Shown here: one piece after another, positions 28,296 through 38,506 of the stretch
How positions within the stretch are numbered: the first letter of the stretch is position 1
Layout: each line of letters starts with the position of its first letter
Assembly: GCA_964476395.1 (NCBI GenBank)
Contig: CAYYYH010000001.1
Span: 5,222 to 69,221 of the forward strand
Length of the DNA: 64,000 nt
Source of the DNA: an uncultured Candidatus Saccharibacteria bacterium
GTDB taxonomy: Bacteria > Patescibacteriota > Saccharimonadia > Saccharimonadales > Saccharimonadaceae
Direction: 5' to 3'
The notes under the pieces: generated by a model
The model's input: the letters and a program-made list of their open reading frames with translations, nothing else
The model's database searches: none
What the model was told of the DNA's origin: nothing
Made by a program: the position numbers and the translations under genes

Positions 28296-29192
28296 ATGCT
28301 TAAGGAATTCAAGACAATCGAAGATCAAATTGAGTTACTTAAATCCCGCGGCCTAAACATAGACGATGAGGATATTGCAAAGAAGTTCCTATTAGAAAAC
28401 AACTACTACCGCATAAGCGGCTATTCATTAACACTCCGCACAAACAATACTTTTCACGAAAATGCAACCTTTCAAAATATCATTGATATTTATAATTTCG
28501 ACCATGAACTACGAAACATATTGATAAAATATATTGAAATCATTGAAGTTAAGCTAAAATCGGTATTTGCATATGAGTTTTCAAAACAATATGGCCCAAC
28601 CAGTTATTTGGACCCTAATTATTTTTCCGACCCTATAAAGCACCAGGAAATCATACTAAAATCTGAAAAACTAAAAGTGCAACGACTCCCGCACGAAGCT
28701 TTTCTTAAACACTTTATTAACGAGTTACAAGAAACCGTACCACTATGGGCGTACGTCGAATTATTTTCCATTTCGGATATCTCTTTATTTTATAAAATAT
28801 CGCCAGAACAAATTAAAAAATCCGTCGTCTCAGCGTTCAATATAGAAATTGAAAAATATAAACTATTAGAAAGCTTTATGCATAGCATCACGATACTCCG
28901 AAATCTTTGCGCCCACGATAGTAGAATATTCAATCGACTATTCGAGCAAAAACCTCGACTTAGCACAATAGAAAAAGCTTGGCTAAGACAGAAAGAAGAT
29001 GGCAACATAGATAACGAACATCTTTTTAGCTTCGTACTAATAATGAAAAGACTACTCGACCCCACTCAGTTTACCCAAATGGTGAAAGACATAGAGAAAT
29101 TACATCAGGAAATTCCTTTTGTCAAAATGAGCCACTACGGTTTCCCTGACGATTGGCAAGAATTATTCACAAACACTTTGGAGGCTCCCTAA
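28296..29192 (+). CDS. Abi_2/AbiF-family HEPN abortive-infection RNase
   Basis: FKTIEDQIELLKSRGL, NYYRISGY, IYNFDHELR, PLWAYVE, HEPN motif RNLCAH. Confidence 0.9.
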   Translation: MLKEFKTIEDQIELLKSRGLNIDDEDIAKKFLLENNYYRISGYSLTLRTNNTFHENATFQNIIDIYNFDHELRNILIKYIEIIEVKLKSVFAYEFSKQYGPTSYLDPNYFSDPIKHQEIILKSEKLKVQRLPHEAFLKHFINELQETVPLWAYVELFSISDISLFYKISPEQIKKSVVSAFNIEIEKYKLLESFMHSITILRNLCAHDSRIFNRLFEQKPRLSTIEKAWLRQKEDGNIDNEHLFSFVLIMKRLLDPTQFTQMVKDIEKLHQEIPFVKMSHYGFPDDWQELFTNTLEAP

Positions 29193-29433
29193 GACGACTC
29201 AATACCCCATAATCCACCATCAACACGATGATCGATTTTGCAGACCTACAAACCCAAGAATTCGAAATACATCCAAAAGGAAATAGTCAAAAATGGCTCT
29301 TTTGCAATATGGATATCAAATATAAAACACTGTTAGATAGTATCTCGACTTAGTTTGGCCAATCACCCTTCCTCACCCATCACTCAACCATTTCTATGAA
29401 CCAAATTGCACTATCGCCACAGCAAACCAATAA

Positions 29434-29973
29434 TTATACTACTCTATTTACATACCCATCCGTCGCATCCTGTCTTGGGATAATCCGACCAGGATTGCCC
29501 ACAACAATAGAATTACTCGGCACATCAAAATTTACATAACAAAGCGGAGCAATCAAAACATTATCTCCTATCTCAATATTGCCAACTACTACAGCATTTG
29601 CACCTATCCAAACCTTATTCCCTATCTTCGGACAGCCTTTTCTTTTGCCACGGTTTTCCTGACCAATTACCACTCCGGTCGCAACATTGCAATTGTCCCC
29701 AATCCTTGTTTTTTCATTAATAATAATTCGCCCATTATGACCTATGTAAAACCCTTTACCTATATTGGTTCTATGCGGTATCTGTATAAATGTTTTCTTT
29801 TTCAACCTGTTTAAAATAAATCGATAATATGCTCTCGTCACACCCAGTTTGCAACTATTGCTTTTTCGAAAGACTATCATATACCGTAATCCGTCCGGTC
29901 GCAAAAGACGTTGAGTAATCGTCTCTCTATACTTGCCGTAGTATCTGTATATGTCAAACTTATATTTTTTCAT
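29434..29973 (-). CDS. Hexapeptide-repeat O-acetyltransferase (CysE/LacA-like)
   Basis: IGKGFYIGH, IGDNCN, CPKIGNKVWIGANAVVVG, VVGNPGRII. Confidence 0.88.
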   Translation of the reverse strand: MKKYKFDIYRYYGKYRETITQRLLRPDGLRYMIVFRKSNSCKLGVTRAYYRFILNRLKKKTFIQIPHRTNIGKGFYIGHNGRIIINEKTRIGDNCNVATGVVIGQENRGKRKGCPKIGNKVWIGANAVVVGNIEIGDNVLIAPLCYVNFDVPSNSIVVGNPGRIIPRQDATDGYVNRVV

Positions 29974-29975
29974 CC

Positions 29976-31502
29976 TTACCTCCTAATTCGAAATCTTAAA
30001 AATTTCTTTAATATGCGCCTTACGATATCATTAAAACTAGAATTGGCATGATACATCACAAAGAAAACTGCAAAGAAAATAATAGTCGATATGATCGCAT
30101 TCTTCAGCAGCTCCAAAATAGAATTATTAAACACTACGATGTTCGATAAACAGACGGCTATTAAGCTCATAACTACAGCAGACAACAAATACAGAAAATG
30201 TTGCTTAAAATATAAATTTGCTGATTCATTAAAAATCTTCCTATAAACGATAAATGGATACGAGCCGAAACATAATACTAGTGTACTAATAATCGTCCCC
30301 ATTATAATACCAGGAACCCCAAATACCTTCGCGCAAATAAGTGAAGCAATGATATTTACTACAGATTCGATAATCGGAATGAATCTATCCTCATAGAAAA
30401 TACCAGCTGCATTTTTAAAAGCTATCGTCGTCAGCTTCATCATTCTTAAATACAAATAAACTGATAACGTTCCGACCATCAACTCAGACATCAAGTATTC
30501 GTCACCAATCCATATTTTCACTAAAGGTTGCACGCACGCATAAAAAGTACAAGAAACATATGCGGCCAAAATAAAATTAATAGCCTGAATGCCCCTATAT
30601 GCGTGTAAATTGCTACGTTCATTTTTCATCACCAGCAGATTCCCAATACTCGCCGTAATACCAGAAAAAACGCTACTAATTAAATTGAAAATTGAAGATA
30701 CCACCAAAAAGTAATTATTATAAAAGCCGACCTGGGTCACACCAAACATCATCGATATCATGATATTATCTGTACCGTTAACAACAAATCCTCCAATCTG
30801 ATGGTAAAACATTGCGCGAATCTTTTTAGTTAAGCTTTTCTTTATTGAAATAGGAAGCGGCTTAGCCTTCTCAGTGATATAAGGATATTTCTTATTCGCT
30901 ATACCAGCAATAATGATATTTTCTAAACCAGTAAATAATACCTTTACCAAAAGGAATAAATAAAAATTCTTAGTAAGATATAATAGTAAAATTTGGACAA
31001 CATTCATTAAAACTATTTTGCCAATATGGACATATTTTGTAATGCGCTCCTTCTGATCAGCTATAATTATTGACCGCTTATATGAAAGCAAGTAAGAAAG
31101 AACGGCCTCCAAAAGAAAAAGAATATAAGCGATGTAGATGTTTACATCAATATCTAAGCTCCCAATAATTGAATGCAAAAAGGGGATAATAATAACTCCG
31201 ACAGCAGAAACAACGAAAGCAATTATCCTATAACATTTTTTGTAGAAATTCATGAGCGATTTCGTTAATTCGATATTCTTCTTATGAATCGGTTCATATA
31301 GGAAAAAAATAATAGTAGTACCTATTCCCAGTTCCGCAATTGACAAAATCGAAATAATGCTCGTAAGCAAACTATTTAACCCATTATATTCTGCTCCCAG
31401 AATATCAATAAAAATCTTTCGAGCAACAAAATTCACAATCAGATTGACCCCAAAAGCAAAAACAGACCAAAACACATTTTTTAAAGAATTCTCTGTCCTC
31501 AT
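29976..31502 (-). CDS. Wzx-type polysaccharide flippase
   Basis: About 12-14 TMs; ILSIAELGIG, GTDNIMIS, GNLLV, NIIASLI; inside cps locus. Confidence 0.88.
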   Translation of the reverse strand: MRTENSLKNVFWSVFAFGVNLIVNFVARKIFIDILGAEYNGLNSLLTSIISILSIAELGIGTTIIFFLYEPIHKKNIELTKSLMNFYKKCYRIIAFVVSAVGVIIIPFLHSIIGSLDIDVNIYIAYILFLLEAVLSYLLSYKRSIIIADQKERITKYVHIGKIVLMNVVQILLLYLTKNFYLFLLVKVLFTGLENIIIAGIANKKYPYITEKAKPLPISIKKSLTKKIRAMFYHQIGGFVVNGTDNIMISMMFGVTQVGFYNNYFLVVSSIFNLISSVFSGITASIGNLLVMKNERSNLHAYRGIQAINFILAAYVSCTFYACVQPLVKIWIGDEYLMSELMVGTLSVYLYLRMMKLTTIAFKNAAGIFYEDRFIPIIESVVNIIASLICAKVFGVPGIIMGTIISTLVLCFGSYPFIVYRKIFNESANLYFKQHFLYLLSAVVMSLIAVCLSNIVVFNNSILELLKNAIISTIIFFAVFFVMYHANSSFNDIVRRILKKFLRFRIRR

Positions 31503-32473
31503 TTTTTTATTCTACCATGTTTTATTATCCATAAAACTATTTTCTTTTTAAGCGAATAGTCTGGATAAAAACATGACAAATCCGCCTTATTAATTATTTT
31601 TCCTAATTCTTTCAAACTAGTTCTGCTCCCTCTTGTAAAAAAATGCTGTGCAATAAGTCTACAATAAACATCTAAAGCAATCGATCCATATGATGATACA
31701 ATCTCCTTATTATGTATTAGCGATGAACCTTTTATGATATTTTCAGAACGTTCCATTAAAGTATTCATCTTATAGTCTTTCGAGTCAGTCAATGAATTTC
31801 TATCATTAGAATGATTAGAAATATAAAAATAATTATTTACGCACATTATTTTTTTACATTTATCCAAACAAATATATGACGCAACTAAATCCTCATAGTT
31901 CAAAAACCCGACAAAGGCATTTTCTGTAACTATTTCTTTTCTAAAAATCTTAGTACTCATATTGCCCACTATTGTTCTACTACTAAAAATGCTCAGGTCA
32001 TATATACCTGAACGAATCTCTTTTCCAACAAAAGAACTTAAAACAATATCTGAAGGAAAGGCTTTCCGCTTAGCTATGCACGCATCAATATCAGGATATC
32101 TACAAAACAATTCATTAATCTCAGCAAAAGTATTTGGCCTAGATAGCCAATCGTCACTATCCAAAAAGAACAACAAATCACCCTTACTTTTTAAATACCC
32201 CAATCTCCGAGCGGGACCAGGTCCTTCGTGCTTTTTTCTATACACACGAATCTTATCATTGCCCAAACTATACTTTCTTAAAAAAGAATAAGTGCCATCA
32301 GACGATCCGTCGTCTATAAAAACCACTTCATACGCATTATACGCTTGACGTTCCACGCTTTCTAGAAGCCTTTGAACCTTATCTCTCGAGTTATAAGTTG
32401 GCACTATAAGAGAAATCAGATTATTCCTATATATACTATTATTGCTTTTAAGATTATTCATGCGTCTTTCCAT
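31499..32473 (-). CDS. GT2 glycosyltransferase
   Basis: SLIVPTYN, IDDGSSDGT, FLDSDD. Confidence 0.92.
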   Translation of the reverse strand: MERRMNNLKSNNSIYRNNLISLIVPTYNSRDKVQRLLESVERQAYNAYEVVFIDDGSSDGTYSFLRKYSLGNDKIRVYRKKHEGPGPARRLGYLKSKGDLLFFLDSDDWLSRPNTFAEINELFCRYPDIDACIAKRKAFPSDIVLSSFVGKEIRSGIYDLSIFSSRTIVGNMSTKIFRKEIVTENAFVGFLNYEDLVASYICLDKCKKIMCVNNYFYISNHSNDRNSLTDSKDYKMNTLMERSENIIKGSSLIHNKEIVSSYGSIALDVYCRLIAQHFFTRGSRTSLKELGKIINKADLSCFYPDYSLKKKIVLWIIKHGRIKK

Positions 32474-33398
32474 CTTGTTTTTTTCTTAAATCGACCAGCA
32501 ACGGCTCTAAATCAATATAATCACCCAGTTTTATATTCCAAACTTCATCTGCAAATGGCACCATTCCAGCACAAGTCGAAAAAGTCAATTCACCAAAGTA
32601 CAATTTACCATTAATTTCATACCAGTCTACCCTTAAATGAGGTATCCCCTTAGATAATATGGAGCTAAACATCTTCATCTTATCAAAATTTGCTGGTTTT
32701 TTCGGCTTATAATCTAACGGCTTATAATCTTTTCTTCTACATGTCGTAATATTCATATTCATATCGTAGAAACTCATTTTTGCTGTTTTGTGATCTTCTA
32801 GCCCTTCAGATATGTACATTATTTTTGGCTCACCATTAAAACAAAAGAATTTATAATCCCTCATCGATTTCTTATTATTATCCTCCATATACTTTTCAAT
32901 TATTATTCTCGGACGGACATTTTTATAAGGCCACTCCCGGTGTTGATAATAAAAATTATTCTTCAAAAGCGAATTAAATCTTTTTCTTATAGTTTTTATA
33001 TCTAGGTTCTTTTTATCCTTGCAAATTACTATTCCGCCAGAATCATGGGTGCATTTCATAACAAACCTATTCGGTAATTTTGAAAAATCAATGTCGTCAA
33101 ACCTTTCATATATACCAATCGTGGGTATTATATATTCTTTTCCAATTGCTTCGGCAACAATCAGTTTTGCCTCATACTTATCAACCATAGATGTATAGAT
33201 ATCTTTTCTATCATATAGTTTCAACCACTGTAATTTTTCATTAAACGTCCTAGGATTGTTCAAATCTAATTCTTTCCCGCACCATAACAAGTATTCCTTC
33301 TTAAGATATTTATCATCAGCCATCATATTATATAATCCAATTCTAGACAAAATACTGAATCGAACTCTTCTATTAAAAATACTCTTCAATTTATTCAT
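32454..33398 (-). CDS. TupA-like ATP-grasp ligase
   Basis: PRTFNEKLQWLK, VDKYEAK, KCTHDSG, PRIIIEKY, DYKFFCFNG, GELTF. Confidence 0.88.
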   Translation of the reverse strand: MNKLKSIFNRRVRFSILSRIGLYNMMADDKYLKKEYLLWCGKELDLNNPRTFNEKLQWLKLYDRKDIYTSMVDKYEAKLIVAEAIGKEYIIPTIGIYERFDDIDFSKLPNRFVMKCTHDSGGIVICKDKKNLDIKTIRKRFNSLLKNNFYYQHREWPYKNVRPRIIIEKYMEDNNKKSMRDYKFFCFNGEPKIMYISEGLEDHKTAKMSFYDMNMNITTCRRKDYKPLDYKPKKPANFDKMKMFSSILSKGIPHLRVDWYEINGKLYFGELTFSTCAGMVPFADEVWNIKLGDYIDLEPLLVDLRKKQDGKTHE

Positions 33399-34734
33399 TC
33401 AATTCCTTTCTTTCACCACAAATAAACTGTGCGGAAATAATATAAACAACAGAGCCAAACATGCTAAGTAAAATAGGAGACAAATCAATAAATGTCGCAA
33501 AAGATTGCATTCTGTGGATCCCAAAATAATAATAGATTATTGTGTAAAAAGCAATGTCCCTATACCCAGCCAAAAGCTTTTCGGTAAGCGCAATCAACCA
33601 GCCGTAAAACATGGGCACAAGTGCTAAACCGACCCAACCTAAAGTCATAATTGAACCAGAAACCAGGTCAACTGGTAGCTGACCAGTTGTGCTCTTATAG
33701 AGGGATGTATTAAACTGGTTCATGTTCTGTAAATCCTTAGGCTTAACACTTATTGGTAACCAACTAAATGGTATACTTATTAGATTATCTTTTATCCTAA
33801 AACCATCAATTATGCCATTATCATACATATAAAAAGTGTTTACCATATTTGTGTATACATACGAAAACTCTTTAACCATAAAGCCAGAAAATTCGCTATC
33901 AACGCCAGAATCATCTAATTCATTATTACTTGAACTTATAACTCCTATAGAAGTACAAAACAAGACGACAATCAAAATAACAAATGTTGCTAAAGGAGAG
34001 CTAATCCTTCTAATTCTTTTATCAAAAAGAATAAATACAAACATAAGTATAAAGATAATTACAAGACCTCGACCATCTAGGTTAATCAAATTCACGATAG
34101 TACCGAATAACGACGCAATACATAATAGCAAAGAAGGGATGAACCTTTTCGACCTATTTTTAAAATCACGAATAGATATTTTTAAAAATGCGAAGAATAC
34201 GAGTGGAAACGCAGTACAGAATCTAGAAAAAATAGCCAGCGGATTATTCATTTCTGCTCCGTCGCGAATTGCAGACGCATATTGAAACATACCAAAAATA
34301 GATCCATATTGTAAAGTCCACAAGAAAAGACATAAAAACAGAAACCCTAAATAAAATGCACAAAACAACCAGAACTTTTTAGAATATATGTCTACAACCC
34401 GTTTTATTGTATACGTCCTTTTGCCTCTACGGAATAGCTTAAAACTTAGAAGTATTACTAAATAAACGAATACTGTAGCCAAAGCCGACCACAAATGATA
34501 TCTATCTTGACTTGTCATCAAATATCTAAAATAAACACCACGGTTAACCTCGTCAAGCACAAGCGATGATGTCAAACAATGAGAAATAAAAAAGTACAGA
34601 CTAAAGAAATCAAACATGTTTAATTTTTTATTCTTTCTAAAACTATTCCATACAAGAATCAAAATAAATATTCCGAGGGAAATATATATTGTTTTGCATA
34701 GCATAAAAGTGTCATCACTGATTGAACCTATCAT
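33391..34734 (-). CDS. Wzy-type polysaccharide polymerase (probable)
   Basis: About 10-11 TMs, very AT-rich, central position in GT cluster. Confidence 0.7.
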   Translation of the reverse strand: MIGSISDDTFMLCKTIYISLGIFILILVWNSFRKNKKLNMFDFFSLYFFISHCLTSSLVLDEVNRGVYFRYLMTSQDRYHLWSALATVFVYLVILLSFKLFRRGKRTYTIKRVVDIYSKKFWLFCAFYLGFLFLCLFLWTLQYGSIFGMFQYASAIRDGAEMNNPLAIFSRFCTAFPLVFFAFLKISIRDFKNRSKRFIPSLLLCIASLFGTIVNLINLDGRGLVIIFILMFVFILFDKRIRRISSPLATFVILIVVLFCTSIGVISSSNNELDDSGVDSEFSGFMVKEFSYVYTNMVNTFYMYDNGIIDGFRIKDNLISIPFSWLPISVKPKDLQNMNQFNTSLYKSTTGQLPVDLVSGSIMTLGWVGLALVPMFYGWLIALTEKLLAGYRDIAFYTIIYYYFGIHRMQSFATFIDLSPILLSMFGSVVYIISAQFICGERKELNE

Positions 34735-34741
34735 TTATTAA

Positions 34742-35824
34742 TCACCTCCCACCTCCTTTGTCTTTTAATAAAATAGCTTCCCACATTTCAAAAACAGTCT
34801 TTCTGGAATATTTTTTCATATCTATAATCCTGTTCTCATAGCTTTTCAATATACTTTCGTACATAGCATTTGCCAGCCCTCTTACGTCACCGCATTTGAC
34901 TAGCATAGAACTATGACGCCCCAATAAATCCCTTGGTCCACCACACGGACAATCGGTAGAAACACATGGAACTCCTACTACCATAGCTTCCATTAAAGAA
35001 TTAGGCATACCCTCATAGTCAGAAGACAACACAAAAAGCTTAGCCTTAGCTAACTCTTTTTCTATATTATTTACTTCACCCATGAATACTATTCTATTGC
35101 ACATTCCCATACTTCTCACATAATTCCGCAAAGGCACTTCTAGGGAGCCTGCACCATATATCAGAAGTTTATCTTTCCCAATTTTGTCCTCTATCATAGC
35201 AAAGGCGTCAATCAATAGTTTATGATTCTTCTGTGGCTCTAAACGACCCACAGTTGCAATATTTTTTGGCTTTTTTGCTCTTTCAGTATTAAAAAACTTC
35301 TCGTCAACCGGATTGGGTATTACAAAAGACTTTTTTTGAATAGAACGATTAAAAAACATTTTTGCTTCTCTTGTTTGAAACACGCAAATATCTGCAAGGG
35401 AGAATAATCTATTTGCCAACCATTTTTTTAGCCGTCCATCTCCATACTCTCTTCTGGGATCATTCCGCACTGAAACACATTTACGACATTTTAGTCCAAA
35501 CGTAGATATTAGCATTCTATAGTTTTGTTTTCCCAGAAAGGACAAAATGACATCAGCCTTTTCATTCTTCACAATTCGTCTTAATCGTTTTATTCTGTAA
35601 AGATTTTTTTTGAAAAAATTCTTATACGGTGATTCAATCGATACACATTTAATATCTTCCAGTAATGAATAGTTTTTTCCATCATTCTTTACAGGTATAT
35701 CAGTAACCAATGTGACATCATATCCAATCTCAGCAAACGAATTAGCCAATATCGACATCACCCTTTCGGCCCCGCCCCTATGCATTGACACAGTATACAT
35801 TACTATATGATTCTTAGCCATCAA
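34742..35824 (-). CDS. GT4 glycosyltransferase
   Basis: GGAERV, IPNPV, VGRLEPQKN, SDYEGMPNSLMEAM. Confidence 0.92.
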   Translation of the reverse strand: MMAKNHIVMYTVSMHRGGAERVMSILANSFAEIGYDVTLVTDIPVKNDGKNYSLLEDIKCVSIESPYKNFFKKNLYRIKRLRRIVKNEKADVILSFLGKQNYRMLISTFGLKCRKCVSVRNDPRREYGDGRLKKWLANRLFSLADICVFQTREAKMFFNRSIQKKSFVIPNPVDEKFFNTERAKKPKNIATVGRLEPQKNHKLLIDAFAMIEDKIGKDKLLIYGAGSLEVPLRNYVRSMGMCNRIVFMGEVNNIEKELAKAKLFVLSSDYEGMPNSLMEAMVVGVPCVSTDCPCGGPRDLLGRHSSMLVKCGDVRGLANAMYESILKSYENRIIDMKKYSRKTVFEMWEAILLKDKGGGR

Positions 35825-36858
35825 TTGTTCTCCTTCAAGTCATCCATGAATGGCTTCATAGCTATGTCAGGCATATATTTCAAAGCAGCATCATGGGCAT
35901 TTTTTGACATTTCAACCAAAGTTCTTTCATCATTTGCTAGCAAGCTCATCGCATCAGCAATGCTACCAGGTTTTCGTACCTCAGCCATAATACTGTTTTT
36001 GCCAGCTTCAAGAATAGAAAAATTATCATTCCAATCAGAAGCTATAACAGGGGTAGAAGCGAAAAAAGAGTCTAATAGGGTACCGGGGAATCCCTCACCC
36101 TTCCAATATGTTGGAAACAGTAAAACATCGTATTTATTAATAATTCTCGAAGAATCGCTAGAATTCACTTCCCCCATATATCGCACAGATTGTTTGTTAG
36201 CCTCAAGTAGGGCACTGAACTCTTTACTGTATTCTTTTGATATTCTACCGTAAATATCTAATTTATATTCTATTCCATCATGTCTATCATTTACCAATCT
36301 TATAGCGTCAATTGCGTCAGAAATACCTTTTTCCTTTATTATGCGACTAAATATGCATCCAACGAACTCTTTTGATTTAATATAACTGTTCTTCGGTGGA
36401 TACAGTTTAAGGCTTTTAAAATTGGGTATAATATCTACGTTCATTACCCCGCGCTTCTCATACTCTTTTTTCATTCTTTCTGTTTCAACATATATTTTCG
36501 TAAACGCCTTAGCAGTTTCTTTTAATGATGGATGTTTATCAAAAAGCTTAAACCTTGCCCCACCGATAACAAAATCGAAGACTTTTTTATGACAATGTTT
36601 GCCATTCTTTAGCAAAACTTTTGCAATCAATTTATAACCTCGAGAAGAAACCATCAAAATCGTAGCATCGCTATTCGCGACTCCTCTTTTAATATCTGAA
36701 AGAATCCCCAGGGGGTTTCTCTTTAACAAAAAAGTGTCTATAGCATTCACAGTCATCCCATTTTTCACCAAAAAATCATATACCTCTTTCGTCTTTACCG
36801 TTTGCCCATCAGTAAAGTTCTTCTTTCCACCAAAGTGTCCAATAATGCAAATCCTCAT
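35821..36858 (-). CDS. GT4 glycosyltransferase
   Basis: IIPNF, SRIIKEKG, FPTYWKGEGFPGTLLDS. Confidence 0.88.
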   Translation of the reverse strand: MRICIIGHFGGKKNFTDGQTVKTKEVYDFLVKNGMTVNAIDTFLLKRNPLGILSDIKRGVANSDATILMVSSRGYKLIAKVLLKNGKHCHKKVFDFVIGGARFKLFDKHPSLKETAKAFTKIYVETERMKKEYEKRGVMNVDIIPNFKSLKLYPPKNSYIKSKEFVGCIFSRIIKEKGISDAIDAIRLVNDRHDGIEYKLDIYGRISKEYSKEFSALLEANKQSVRYMGEVNSSDSSRIINKYDVLLFPTYWKGEGFPGTLLDSFFASTPVIASDWNDNFSILEAGKNSIMAEVRKPGSIADAMSLLANDERTLVEMSKNAHDAALKYMPDIAMKPFMDDLKENN

Positions 36859-37733
36859 ACGCCTACCTCCAATTTCTCTCCGAGTTTTAAATTACCATCA
36901 TCGCTATAATATGGCGCGCACGAACAAGCAGGCGTAAAAGTTAACTCTCCGAAAATAATTTTCCCATTGTCATTATACAAATCCACCCGCACGAATGGAA
37001 AACCCTCAGATAATTTTTCGGCATATTCTCTCATTTTCTTTAAGTTTTTTGGCTTTTCAATATCTTTTCTAGAACTCCAAGACTTTTTTTCGTAAGGCAA
37101 CCTATTCCATTCCGAATCATAATAGCTGAGTCTCAATTTGTCATCTCGTTCTGAGCAAACCAAAACGCACTTCACCTCACCATTCATGCAATAAAACTTA
37201 TAATCAAGCGGCATCTTGCCGTCTTTTCCGCATAGATATTTCTCCGCAATTATTCTCGGCTTTATTCTCGTATAATGGAGTTCAGAAGTTGCATAACCAT
37301 ATTTTTCCTTCTGCCATTTCTTGATCCTCTTGCGGGCATTGTCGACATCCAGTTTACCCTTATCATCAACGATAATATTGTACGCACAACCGTGCACACA
37401 TTTCAAAGCAAATCTATCTGGCAATTGAGCAAAATCTATCTCATCAAAATTATCATAAACACCAAATAGCTCATTAAGAATTTCACCACACCCTTTCGAC
37501 TCCACGTATTCACGCACCGCATATTTATCGGCACATCGCGAGACCAACTCATTATGATTATAATTGTGTAATTTTAGCCAAGTAGTTTTTTCGTTAAATG
37601 TTTTTGGATTTTTTAAGTTTGGCCATTTATGTGTTCGCATTAAAAATAAAACTTTTGCATTCAAGACTGGAGCAACTTTCCCAAAAACCGCCAAAACATC
37701 TTTTGCGCAGCTTTTTATAACATTCCCCATCAC
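36855..37733 (-). CDS. TupA-like ATP-grasp ligase (second copy)
   Basis: PKTFNEKTTWLK, ADKYAVR, KCVHGC, PRIIAEKY, DYKFYC, VRVDLY, GELTFTP. Confidence 0.88.
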   Translation of the reverse strand: MMGNVIKSCAKDVLAVFGKVAPVLNAKVLFLMRTHKWPNLKNPKTFNEKTTWLKLHNYNHNELVSRCADKYAVREYVESKGCGEILNELFGVYDNFDEIDFAQLPDRFALKCVHGCAYNIIVDDKGKLDVDNARKRIKKWQKEKYGYATSELHYTRIKPRIIAEKYLCGKDGKMPLDYKFYCMNGEVKCVLVCSERDDKLRLSYYDSEWNRLPYEKKSWSSRKDIEKPKNLKKMREYAEKLSEGFPFVRVDLYNDNGKIIFGELTFTPACSCAPYYSDDGNLKLGEKLEVGV

Positions 37734-38506
37734 ACTCTCCTCCTCACCGCATTAAAGCAATACACTATGAAACACTCACAGCTCTTACAGAATCCCAGCC
37801 CTTCCACATTTCGATACAGATTCCAAGTTCGCTTCAAAGCCGTCAGTTTGTTCGAAGATAACGACCCAGCACTTCGCCGATAAAACGACAACACCTCATT
37901 TAGCCCATAGGCATAATCAATCTTCTTTAGCACTTTCCACCACGTCGCCGTGTCTTGCCCACGCCTCACATCCGGCATTAAGACATCATCCACATCCAAT
38001 TTCTCCATGTCAAACATCACCGTCGAAGTCCAAATCGTCGTATTCTTTAGCGCTTGTTTATACGAAATTCGTGCTGGCACCGAAACCACTTTACCATTTG
38101 GTCGTCCAGAAGCATCCGCAAACTCATACCCCGTAAATGAAAAAGTGCAGTCGTTTTCCCGCATAAAGTCCACCTGCCGCGCCAATTTATCATGCGCCCA
38201 CAAATCATCCGCATCCAAAAACGCCAAAAACCTACCTCGCGCCGCCTTAATCCCGGCATTCCGAGCTTTCGCTGCACCACTATTCCTGTCTAGCTTTATT
38301 AAGCGAATTCTTTTATCCCCAGTTTGCTTCAATGTTTCATTGATTATCGCCACCGTATTATCATCAGATTTATCGTCAACAATAATCCATTCCCAATTAC
38401 GATAGCTCTGCTCGCAAACAGTTTTAATCGTTTCAGCAAAAAAAGCTTCACCATTATGCACTGGCGTCACAATACTAACTAGCGGCTCATTTTCTATTTT
38501 TCCCAT
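37730..38506 (-). CDS. GT2 glycosyltransferase (TuaG-like)
   Basis: VSIVTPVHN, VDDKSDD, GAAKARN, FLDADD, GQDTATW. Confidence 0.92.
   Translation of the reverse strand: MGKIENEPLVSIVTPVHNGEAFFAETIKTVCEQSYRNWEWIIVDDKSDDNTVAIINETLKQTGDKRIRLIKLDRNSGAAKARNAGIKAARGRFLAFLDADDLWAHDKLARQVDFMRENDCTFSFTGYEFADASGRPNGKVVSVPARISYKQALKNTTIWTSTVMFDMEKLDVDDVLMPDVRRGQDTATWWKVLKKIDYAYGLNEVLSFYRRSAGSLSSNKLTALKRTWNLYRNVEGLGFCKSCECFIVYCFNAVRRRV

Noticed and set aside
29228-29353. 41-aa ORF after abiF (MIDFADLQ...)
   Set aside because: No SD, promoter or motif; possibly a remnant but unsupported
29355-29375. Third copy of the 78-bp repeat (GCCAATCACCCTT)
   Set aside because: Only a short partial match in C/A-rich sequence
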